Notes: a model not told the origin generated them from the letters alone. 32,000 nucleotides of DNA from Candidatus Woesearchaeota archaeon (GCA_016935175.1 JAFGRK010000006.1:30005-62004), one strand, 5' to 3'; numbered from the stretch's first letter, positions 18,222 to 25,738 are shown. Program-made: numbers and translations.

Positions 18222-18245
18222 CAGTTATTTTTTCCTTCATATCTC

Positions 18246-19655
18246 CTAATCAATTTTCAAATAATCATAAAACACAGGATGGTCAACTTCTTTGGCCAGC
18301 TTTTGCGCCTCTGCAAGCTTGGCCTTGGCAACTGAGGGGCTGGATTTCTCGTTCATGGCATAAGCTTCCATCAGGCTGAACATGCTCGCTTGAGCATCCT
18401 TTTGCTTGGACCATCTCTGCATCATGTCTGCCACTGACTTCTTGGTGACGTACATCTGCAAAGGGTCTGACTCTTTCCTTCGCTCCTTCTTGAACCCTTC
18501 AATGTAGTTCTGGGTGAACCTCATCTTGTGGTTGAGCACAAAGGGCAATATGGCAGCCACGTGCTGCACACTAACTTCTTTTTCCCCAAGCAGCCAGGCA
18601 AGGCTTTGCATGTACTTGTTCTCTGCAAACGTATTCCTTACGGACTCACAATTAGTTTTCTTGCCGCACATCAATTCCTTGTAATGGCATCCCTCAACGC
18701 ATCCCTCATTGCTTCGCTTCTGCCCGAACATCATGCACGAGTATAATTCTGAAACTACAAAGTCAAGTAATAAGTCTGCCTCGTCGCTGATCCTGATTTT
18801 TCTTATCTCGTCATAAGCCTGGTTGAGCTCATCCCTTGTGAGCAATTCAAGCCCAGTCCTCTTCTCCAAAACTTTCTTGAAATCCTCTTGCACAGCAATC
18901 ATCTCTTTCCTCTTATCAGTGTAAGGCTTGTCGCTCTTCATGATGGCGTAGAGCTTGTCCTCAGACTCCTTGTGGTTGAGCATCCTTGCCCCGTGAGAGC
19001 TCCTCACATGCTGGTGGCGTATTATCCTTATAGGATTAACTCCTGGAAACTTGCTCTCATCACTCACATCGCACCTGTCAATCAATGCCTCGACAATCCT
19101 GTTGTTGCCTGAGTCCTTGTAGTTGATAGTGTTGAATATAGGCACTTCCCCCAGGTTGATAAGCTCGTTAAGGTATTGGAACTCTCCCTTGTCCATGCCC
19201 CACAAGAGCAGGTTTTGCTTTGACTCAGGTATCCTGTTGAGCTCATCAACGATCTTGGGCTCTAGCAGCACAAAATTAGACCAGATGGGCTTCTCATTTC
19301 CTTGGTTAAGCTGCCCAAGGTCTAGCCTTGCAGTCATCTTCTCTTGAGTTAATTCTGCGTGGCCTTTGAGGCTGCAGCTTGACATCACAGTCTTTGGGAT
19401 GCCATATGTCATGCTGAGCAATACTTCTGCAGAGGTGGTCTTTCCAAGGCCGTACTCTCCCATGCATAGCTGCTTTCCTCGGTTAACGCTTGTAAGCAAC
19501 CCTAGCAATAGGTTTGAGTTGAACCTGCTAGTCCCTACTTGCATATTAGAGTGGCAAAGGTAAAGGTTGTCCTTCACATAGCCGTACACTCTCAGCAATT
19601 TTTCCTGCTTTGATTTTGCTCCAGGATTGCTGCTCAACTGTTTCTGCTCGCTCAT
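18246..19655 (-). CDS. MoxR-like AAA+ ATPase with a Cys-cluster insertion in the lid region
   Basis: Walker A is GEYGLGKTT and Walker B is KIVDELNR, with ..SKQNLLLWGMDKGEFQ.. and FNTINYKDSGNNRIVEALIDRCDV matching the MoxR NP/DRF region. The lid carries VSVQHVAAILPFVLNHKM. C-X11-C-X3-C-X6-C-X5-C is encoded at 18648-18737. The ATG overlaps the upstream stop (ATGA). Confidence 0.8.
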   Translation of the reverse strand: MSEQKQLSSNPGAKSKQEKLLRVYGYVKDNLYLCHSNMQVGTSRFNSNLLLGLLTSVNRGKQLCMGEYGLGKTTSAEVLLSMTYGIPKTVMSSCSLKGHAELTQEKMTARLDLGQLNQGNEKPIWSNFVLLEPKIVDELNRIPESKQNLLLWGMDKGEFQYLNELINLGEVPIFNTINYKDSGNNRIVEALIDRCDVSDESKFPGVNPIRIIRHQHVRSSHGARMLNHKESEDKLYAIMKSDKPYTDKRKEMIAVQEDFKKVLEKRTGLELLTRDELNQAYDEIRKIRISDEADLLLDFVVSELYSCMMFGQKRSNEGCVEGCHYKELMCGKKTNCESVRNTFAENKYMQSLAWLLGEKEVSVQHVAAILPFVLNHKMRFTQNYIEGFKKERRKESDPLQMYVTKKSVADMMQRWSKQKDAQASMFSLMEAYAMNEKSSPSVAKAKLAEAQKLAKEVDHPVFYDYLKID

Positions 19656-21010
19656 TTGATCTCACCTTTAGCCTCAGCAACTTTCTTATCATCACCTTTA
19701 GCCCCAGCAGCCTTCTTATCATCGCCTTTAGCCTCAGCTTTATTCTCGCTTTTCTCCTCAGTTACAAACACTTTCTTGTCATTGTTATACTTCTCAAATG
19801 AGCTGTTAGCAGGCTTTTGCACTGTTTGAACTAGTTGCTCTGCCTGGTTGGCATTACTGGCATAAACATCGCTCGCATTGCTCGCCATCAACGGGCCTGC
19901 CTTTATCCTTGTAGGCACATAATCATTGTTCTCCACGATCGCAAAGAGAGTTCCTTTTTTCAGGTAGCCTTTTGCAACATATTCATCCACGAGCGAGTTA
20001 AGGAACCTCACGCAGCCATGGCTTGCAGCGCTTCCTAACTTTTCAGGCTCATTAGTGCCATGGGCCAGGATGTCTGATATCTCGTCAGGCTTGTAGTTGC
20101 CTTTAGAATCCCATCTTCCTGCATTTAGCCTTGCAGCTTTTGGGCCGTAAGCCAGCTCTCCGCCATATCTCCAATTGCTGCTGTCCTGAACAGACTGCAC
20201 CTCAAATATTCCGTTGGGTGTCTTATGGTCACCCGCCCTCTCCTTGTCTCCTGGGTTCATGCCTGTGCTAACATCAGCCTCATCAACCAGCTGGTATGCG
20301 AGCTTGTACACCTTTGCCCTTTGGGTTTCCTTATCCACAACAAAGACATACTCTGGCTTGCCTTTCTTTTCCTTACCAAGCATCATATCGAGGACTTTGG
20401 GGGTTTCGCTTGAATAAGCACGAGAGCTGTCTTTGCTTATGCTTGGCGCATTTACATCCACAACAGCTACATCCACAACATCATCAATTGTTCCTGGCTT
20501 TTCCACCTGAAGCCTTTCTGCCTGAGGTGATTTTTCTGCTCTAAAGGCCCCATTATCTGGCTGCAAAAATCCAGGCATGGCTGCGATTGCTTGCCAGGCT
20601 AGCCTGTTAGCATAAGGGCTTTGCACCAATTCATCCTCTGCTATCATAACCTGCTGCTTTGGATGCTCCTTGGCAGATCGCATAGCCTTGGCAAAAAGCC
20701 CATCATACATCTTGCCTGCGTTGAGCACTGAGAAAAACGTGCCAGCAGCTATCAAGCCTGCTCCTATTAAGCTGTATGCTCGCGCACCATGCTTCTTTTT
20801 ACTGGCAATATCAGGAACTAGCTCTTTTTTCTCTTGCAAGCCACTGGTTGGTTGCTGATCGCTCTTTGGCTGCTCATTCATTGGCTGTTGCCAGCTCCTT
20901 GGCTGTTGCTCACTAGCTGGATACCCAGCATTTCCTGCAATAGCTTCTGCTGCAGTAGCCTCTGATGGCTTTGCCCCGTAATCATTTATTCTTCCATCTA
21001 GCTCAGTCAT
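19652..21010 (-). CDS. membrane-anchored YkuD (L,D-transpeptidase-fold) domain protein with an intact catalytic motif
   Basis: The track start is a TTG at 21025. AAGGTGA lies 5 nt before the ATG at 21010. There is a single TM segment, AYSLIGAGLIAAGTFFSVL. The YkuD pattern reads VVDKETQRAKVYK..STGMNPGDK..GDHKTPNGIF..ILAHGTNEPEKLGSAASHGCVRFLNSLVDE (domain ~19928-20353). Confidence 0.8.
   Translation of the reverse strand: MTELDGRINDYGAKPSEATAAEAIAGNAGYPASEQQPRSWQQPMNEQPKSDQQPTSGLQEKKELVPDIASKKKHGARAYSLIGAGLIAAGTFFSVLNAGKMYDGLFAKAMRSAKEHPKQQVMIAEDELVQSPYANRLAWQAIAAMPGFLQPDNGAFRAEKSPQAERLQVEKPGTIDDVVDVAVVDVNAPSISKDSSRAYSSETPKVLDMMLGKEKKGKPEYVFVVDKETQRAKVYKLAYQLVDEADVSTGMNPGDKERAGDHKTPNGIFEVQSVQDSSNWRYGGELAYGPKAARLNAGRWDSKGNYKPDEISDILAHGTNEPEKLGSAASHGCVRFLNSLVDEYVAKGYLKKGTLFAIVENNDYVPTRIKAGPLMASNASDVYASNANQAEQLVQTVQKPANSSFEKYNNDKKVFVTEEKSENKAEAKGDDKKAAGAKGDDKKVAEAKGEIK
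19661..19738 (-). repeat. 30-nt in-frame tandem repeat (~2.6 copies) encoding KGDDKK(A/V)A(G/E)A
   Basis: ctcacctttagcctcagcaactttcttatc / atcacctttagccccagcagccttcttatc / atcgcctttagcctcagc. Confidence 0.85.
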
Positions 21011-21066
21011 TATATCACCTTTCAATAATCCCCTGTCGCTACTCTAACGCTAACTAACAGCTCTTT

Positions 21067-22311
21067 TTACCTGCTGAATCTCAGGCTTAGTGGCCTTAAT
21101 GAGTGCTCTATCACAAAAGCTGCATTGCTATAGTTTCCCCTGACTGTTGAGTCAAGGTCATTAAGGTCATGGTTAAGCATTATCACTCCGCCATTGGTGC
21201 TGTTCCTGCTTTCCCTTATGGCTTTTATCCTGTCAGGATAGTCTGCTCCGCAAAGCACTATTCCCTTGAAGTTGGTGGACAATCCAACAATGCCATCTCC
21301 GTACAATCCTGTGTGGACTGGGGAAAAGTTCCTGTACTCAGCAAGGAATACTCCTTCAGGAGTGGCTTTGTCTCCTGATTGCATCTTTTTATTAGGGTTG
21401 GTGCCTGTTGAGCAAGCGTATTGCTTGACAAATCCTAGCTTGCCATTGCTGCTCTTGTAAAGGCTCAGCTTGTTCTCATCCTTGTCAACGTATATAATAT
21501 AGGAGAAGTGGCTTGCGAACTTGCCCTCATACTTTGAAAGCGCTCCGGGCATTTTTTGTCCAGAAGCCTTTAAGACTTGCCCAGATTGATAGCTTGCCAC
21601 AGCTCTTTCTTCAAGGGCAGGTGATCTGCTTTGCAAAGAGGGCTGGGCTGCTGTAGTTGCCTGCGCTGGTGCGCTTGATGGGTCGTATGCATTGGCCTGC
21701 CTCATCTCATCTACCTTTCTCATGCCCTCCCTGACTTGCTGCTCAAGCTTTGAGATGTAATCATCCTTTTCACTCAGCCGAGCATCTTTCTCGCTAAGGG
21801 TGCTTGACAATCCATTGCTCTTCTCCTGCAATAGCTTGTTGTCCAGCTCTAGCTTCTTGGCTTTCTCAGCCTCTGCCTTTAATTCTTCCTGGGTCTTCTG
21901 GTAGTTAGCCTCTACTGCTGTCTTAGACTCTTCAAGCGTCAGGGCTTTTTGCTCCAGGCTGCTTATTTTTTCTTGCCCAGTCTTCCATTCAGCCACTGTC
22001 GGATTTATCTTTTCATTGTAGAACTCCCCTATCTTGGCATTCACGCTTCCGCAATGGGTTGCCCAGTAAACAGTCCCTCCCATCAAGAGGATTTGGATAC
22101 CGCGCTTCAGCTTGCCTTTTTCCGGCCATACAAATCTCTTGAATGCTCTTGCAGCCACGTATCCTGCTGTTGCAAGTGCTGCTCCGCCTATCAGGGCTTT
22201 TGCTCCCTTAGAAAACTTTGTCTTTGCGTTGATTGCTGCATATTGAGTCCCTGTTGCTTGAGCTTGCCCTTCTTGCGCTTGCTCAGTTCCAGTTGGTTCA
22301 GTATCGCTCAT
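21067..22311 (-). CDS. membrane-anchored coiled-coil protein with a degenerate (catalytically inactive-looking) YkuD-like domain
   Basis: The track start is a TTG at 22329. GGAGGGG lies 6 nt before the ATG at 22311. Two hydrophobic segments are followed by a long coiled coil. The C-terminus aligns to the neighbouring YkuD protein (VDKDENKLSLYK..STGTNPNKK..GDKATPEGVF), but His is replaced (IVLCGA) and SHGC is replaced by TNGG. Confidence 0.7.
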   Translation of the reverse strand: MSDTEPTGTEQAQEGQAQATGTQYAAINAKTKFSKGAKALIGGAALATAGYVAARAFKRFVWPEKGKLKRGIQILLMGGTVYWATHCGSVNAKIGEFYNEKINPTVAEWKTGQEKISSLEQKALTLEESKTAVEANYQKTQEELKAEAEKAKKLELDNKLLQEKSNGLSSTLSEKDARLSEKDDYISKLEQQVREGMRKVDEMRQANAYDPSSAPAQATTAAQPSLQSRSPALEERAVASYQSGQVLKASGQKMPGALSKYEGKFASHFSYIIYVDKDENKLSLYKSSNGKLGFVKQYACSTGTNPNKKMQSGDKATPEGVFLAEYRNFSPVHTGLYGDGIVGLSTNFKGIVLCGADYPDRIKAIRESRNSTNGGVIMLNHDLNDLDSTVRGNYSNAAFVIEHSLRPLSLRFSR

Positions 22312-22468
22312 TTTTTCCCCTCCATACAATTTTTAATTTTTGCATTAAGATTAGCATAGTGGAGGTGTTTAAAATAGCCTCTCACGAAAAAACCGGAGGA
22401 ATTACGGCGATGTCGGAAATACCTACAGGTTGCTCGTAATATAGAAAAGCGCCACCGCAACATTTATA

Positions 22469-22987
22469 ATGGATAAAATAATATTTTCAGCCATGGAAAA
22501 AGCAACCGGAACCATACCCGAGGCAAATTACAAAGCCCTGAAAACCATAACTGAAAAGCTAAAGGGCCATGACATTGATTGGGTGCTCATCGGCAGCACT
22601 AACCTCGCATTGCAGGGAGTAGATGTTGAAGTGCATGACATCGACTTGATAACTGACCAGCAAGGCGGAGAAAGAATGGCAGAGCTACTCAAGGAATACA
22701 TTACTAAGCCTTTTGAGTACAGCGAGAAAGGCCCATTCAGGTCATACTATAGCATTCTTGACATCCATGGCATAAAGGCAGAGATAATTGCTGAGATGCA
22801 GTACAAGCTCAGAAGCGGGGAGTGGAGTGATAAGAGCAGGGTAGCAGAGAAAAAAATGATTGAATACCAAGGGCTGGAAGTCCCTGTTTGGGATTTAAAA
22901 AAAGAATACGAGGACTATAATCTCATGGGCAGGGAAGAGAAAGCTCAAAAGATCAAGGAATTTATGGACGAAGGGATTAAAACATAA
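22469..22987 (+). CDS. nucleotidyltransferase-fold protein (minimal NTase / aminoglycoside-lincosamide NT-like)
   Basis: DWVLIGSTNLALQGVDVEVHDIDLITD fits the G-S ... D-x-D NTase motif. The TATA tttataa (22463-22469) overlaps the first ATG, so a leaderless start at the ATG at 22493 (MEKATG..) is a good alternative. Confidence 0.6.
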   Translation: MDKIIFSAMEKATGTIPEANYKALKTITEKLKGHDIDWVLIGSTNLALQGVDVEVHDIDLITDQQGGERMAELLKEYITKPFEYSEKGPFRSYYSILDIHGIKAEIIAEMQYKLRSGEWSDKSRVAEKKMIEYQGLEVPVWDLKKEYEDYNLMGREEKAQKIKEFMDEGIKT

Positions 22988-23113
22988 ATAAGACTTAAAA
23001 AAAGCTATTAGAAACATGACTTTCTTAATCATCAAAAATTTGTTTAGAATCAGATTAACTTTAGAGATAGCTAACCAAAAAATTAATAAACGTAATAATC
23101 TCTAAATACATAT

Positions 23114-23407
23114 ATGAAATGGAAAGAAATGCCCTATTGGACTCGCGGGGCCATAATATGCGTTCCTATATTGATTATGTTCCTTATTACATGGACCTTG
23201 ATTCAAAATGAATTATTTTACTGGGCATTATTCCCAATAATTACAGTGGGAAGCTTCTGGGGGATTCTCATCGGCGGATTCATCGGATCATTAATCGAGC
23301 TTATTAAAAAAAAGAATAAGAAAACTCTGATTGTTTTCATGAAAATAACATTTTTTATTATAGCCTTTTTCATCTTTTTAAAATGGTTCACAAGCCTTTT
23401 TAAATGA
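23114..23407 (+). CDS. small integral membrane protein (97 aa)
   Basis: Three hydrophobic segments and a KKKNKK loop. No known motif. Confidence 0.55.
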   Translation: MKWKEMPYWTRGAIICVPILIMFLITWTLIQNELFYWALFPIITVGSFWGILIGGFIGSLIELIKKKNKKTLIVFMKITFFIIAFFIFLKWFTSLFK

Positions 23408-23410
23408 TTT

Positions 23411-23845
23411 TCAGCTCAAGAACTCTTCTTTCTTTATGTGCTCAATGACATCATGGCATTCAAGCTTCTCAATGTCAAAATCACGTACCTGGTCGAGAAA
23501 ATTATAGAACTCCTTTATGCTCGGGAACACAGTGTCAATGAGAAAGTCATAGCCATCAATCCTAAAGACAGAATTCACGCCAGGGTGGCTGTTGATGAAG
23601 GACAGGAATTTTTCATGCTCCCTGAGCTTGACAAAGACAAAGCTCCTGTAAAAGAAGCCTAGCTTGCGGAAATCCATGAGGGAAGCATGTTTTTTTATTA
23701 TCCCATCGCGTTCCAGCTTCTGGTAATTGTCAAAAACCGTGGTGACAGGAATGCCTGATTCCCTGCTTATAGTGCTAAAGCTCTTCCTTGCATCTTGCCT
23801 CAGGTGCTTTAGAATGGCTGTGTGGTTGCTCTTATTAGTCCTCAT
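23411..23845 (-). CDS. Lrp/AsnC family transcriptional regulator
   Basis: The N-terminal HTH reads ILKHLRQDARKSFSTISRESGIPVTTVFDNYQKLERDGIIKK, followed by a RAM-like C-terminal domain. The size (144 aa) is typical. Confidence 0.85.
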   Translation of the reverse strand: MRTNKSNHTAILKHLRQDARKSFSTISRESGIPVTTVFDNYQKLERDGIIKKHASLMDFRKLGFFYRSFVFVKLREHEKFLSFINSHPGVNSVFRIDGYDFLIDTVFPSIKEFYNFLDQVRDFDIEKLECHDVIEHIKKEEFLS

Positions 23846-23957
23846 AGCTAAAACTAATTATCACAACCCCTTAATAAACCCTCTCTAAAAAAAAACGAAG
23901 GATTTCCGCCCAATACGGAAAAATATTAAAAACCTGCCATAATAACACCAACAAGGG

Positions 23958-24176
23958 ATGAGCAAGGAAAAAGAGCAAAAAAAAGAGGAGATGGAAACCC
24001 TGAAGAAAAAGATAAAATACCTGGAGGAAGAGCTGGCCAGGAAAGAAAAAGTGATAGATGGGCTGAAGCAGGAGAACATCGTACTGTTCAGGACAGCGCT
24101 GAAACATTCAGAGGAAAAAATTGACCGAGAAAAAAAAATGCATGAGCATGAAAAAAAAGGCGAGGGAAAAGAATGA
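23958..24176 (+). CDS. small K/E-rich coiled-coil protein (72 aa)
   Basis: A TATA-like aaaatattaaaaa lies ~30 nt upstream. The stop overlaps the next start (ATGA at 24173-24176). Confidence 0.5.
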   Translation: MSKEKEQKKEEMETLKKKIKYLEEELARKEKVIDGLKQENIVLFRTALKHSEEKIDREKKMHEHEKKGEGKE

Positions 24177-24748
24177 ATAAACCCAAAAAAAATAAAAAGC
24201 CCAAATCAGCAAAAGCCAAAAAAACATTTGCGCCAGGAAAACAAGCCAACTCAAAGAAATCAAAAAAGCTTGTGGTGTTCTACTCAAGGACAGGCATCAC
24301 GCGCAAGGTCGCAAACGCCATTGCCCAAGAGCTGCAGGCAGAGCTTGAAGAGCTGGTTGACAAGAAGAGCAGGAAAGGGATTATGGGCTGGCTGTCAGGA
24401 GGAAGGGATGCAATGAAAAAAATCCTTACAGAGCTTGAGCCGCTGGAAAAAGACCTTTCGGAGTACGAGATTATAGTCATAGGCACGCCAATCTGGGCAG
24501 GCAACATGGCGCCAGCAGCCAGGACATTCCTATCCCAGAATAGGGGCAAGCTTAAGAAAGTTGCATTCTTCCACACAAGAGGAGGCTCTGGCCTGGAAAA
24601 GGTTGAGAAGGAGCTATGGCAGGCGCTGAGCGCAACAGCTGCATCAGCCACAGTTGCAGCAAAGTCCTTGGCCCTGCTAAGAAGGGAAGTGGTAAAAGAC
24701 TTGCATGCTGACAAGGTAAAAGAATTTGCAAAGCAGTTGATAGGCTGA
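24173..24748 (+). CDS. flavodoxin-like fold protein with a Lys-rich N-terminal extension
   Basis: KKLVVFYSRTGITRKVANAIAQEL..YEIIVIGTPIWAGNMAPAARTFL..KKVAFFHTRGG follows the flavodoxin-family pattern. The first ~32 aa are K-rich (MNKPKKNKKPKSAKAKK..). Confidence 0.75.
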   Translation: MNKPKKNKKPKSAKAKKTFAPGKQANSKKSKKLVVFYSRTGITRKVANAIAQELQAELEELVDKKSRKGIMGWLSGGRDAMKKILTELEPLEKDLSEYEIIVIGTPIWAGNMAPAARTFLSQNRGKLKKVAFFHTRGGSGLEKVEKELWQALSATAASATVAAKSLALLRREVVKDLHADKVKEFAKQLIG

Positions 24749-24859
24749 TAGCAGTCATCGTCATAGCAAAAATCATCTTGGCCGTTCGCAAACCAGCTTT
24801 TTGGGCAGCTAAAGCAAAAGGCATAACCTTTTTAAGAGCAACATGATTACCACTGAAGA

Positions 24860-25141
24860 ATGGAATCACAATCAGAAATATACTACCTTCTAAAATATCA
24901 GGAGCCTCTACAAGAGTGCCCTATTTATTTCGCAGTTAAGCCAAACGGGGAAAAAGTATGCGACTTCAGCTCCTCGAGCATTGAAAATATGCTGGCATTC
25001 TATGAAGGGTTAGAGATGACAAGAGGAAAAATAACCCTCAAGGTGCCTGATTCAGTGCTAGAGATAGTAAAGGGAAGATACGCTGCCCCTCAATACATCA
25101 CGCGCGCCAATGGCAAGGGCAATGGCAAAGCAAAGAGATAA
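24860..25141 (+). CDS. hypothetical protein (93 aa)
   Basis: Clean ORF with a TATA-like cctttttaagag ~25 nt upstream. No recognisable motif. Confidence 0.5.
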   Translation: MESQSEIYYLLKYQEPLQECPIYFAVKPNGEKVCDFSSSSIENMLAFYEGLEMTRGKITLKVPDSVLEIVKGRYAAPQYITRANGKGNGKAKR

Positions 25142-25214
25142 TCCAAGCAACCTTATAATTTCGCTACTTTCTAGTGCAGGATGGGCTTGTATGAGGCAGT
25201 ATGATTTTCCGAAA

Positions 25215-25224
25215 ACTATAAAAA
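25215..25224 (+). promoter_or_regulatory. TATA box for the 25250 gene
   Basis: actataaaaa is centred ~30 nt upstream of the ATG at 25250, with no SD. Confidence 0.45.
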
Positions 25225-25249
25225 CTACCTGCCCAAGGGATAAGCTGAC

Positions 25250-25738
25250 ATGCATCCAGAAGATGACGAGCCGCAGGACGAGCTAGGCGGAGTTTATGAC
25301 GACGAAGGAAGGGAAGACCTCATAAAAGACGATGAGATAAGCCCTGAGGAAGAGGCCTTCATGCAAGGCTATGAGACAGAGGAGGAAAGGAAAGAAGAAA
25401 CCTCAGATGTCTATGAGGAAGCCTTTGACAAGGCCAACGCTGCAGCATTGCCCAAGAGAAAGGCAGCTAAGAAGAATGCTAAGGCTGCAAAAGCAGCCAC
25501 AAAAAAGGCAGGAAAAAAGGCAAAGCCAAAAAAGAAGCAAGCAAAGAAACCAGTAAAAAAGGCAAAGCCAAAAAAGAAATTAGGAAAAAAAGCAGCAAAA
25601 AAATCAAAGCCAAAAAAGAAGCAAGCAAAGAAACCAGTAAAAAAGGCAAAGCCTGCAAAGAAAATAGCAAAAAAAGCCCCTAAGAAAGCAGCAGAAAAAA
25701 CAAAGGCAAAGCCAAAAAAGAAGGGCAAGAAAAGATAA
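25250..25738 (+). CDS. bipartite acidic / Lys-Ala-Pro-rich (histone-H1-tail-like) protein
   Basis: The N-terminal ~60 aa are D/E-rich (MHPEDDEPQDELGGVYDDEGREDLIKDDE..). The C-terminal ~100 aa are KKAxKPKKKQAKKPVKKAKP-type repeats. Confidence 0.7.
   Translation: MHPEDDEPQDELGGVYDDEGREDLIKDDEISPEEEAFMQGYETEEERKEETSDVYEEAFDKANAAALPKRKAAKKNAKAAKAATKKAGKKAKPKKKQAKKPVKKAKPKKKLGKKAAKKSKPKKKQAKKPVKKAKPAKKIAKKAPKKAAEKTKAKPKKKGKKR
25521..25653 (+). repeat. perfect 49-nt direct repeat, 84-nt period, in frame
   Basis: caaagccaaaaaagaagcaagcaaagaaaccagtaaaaaaggcaaagcc occurs at 25521-25569 and again at 25605-25653. Confidence 0.85.

Noticed and set aside
18067-18335. Plus-strand track ORFs 18067-18249 and 18135-18335 inside the structured spacer
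   Set aside because: They lie over the stem-loop-rich spacer and the 3' end of the AAA+ gene, and have no SD or TATA at a sensible distance. A structured RNA explains the region better.
12874-22311. Prophage or integrative element interpretation of the nine-gene cluster
   Set aside because: No integrase, transposase, capsid/terminase-like gene, flanking tRNA or obvious direct repeats were seen. It cannot be excluded without database searches, so the cluster is reported as an unclassified system instead.
25411-25728. Minus-strand ORFs (105 and 63 aa, Phe/Ala-rich) antisense to the Lys-rich gene
   Set aside because: They are the mirror image of AAG/AAA-rich coding repeats. This is a typical antisense artefact of low-complexity sequence.
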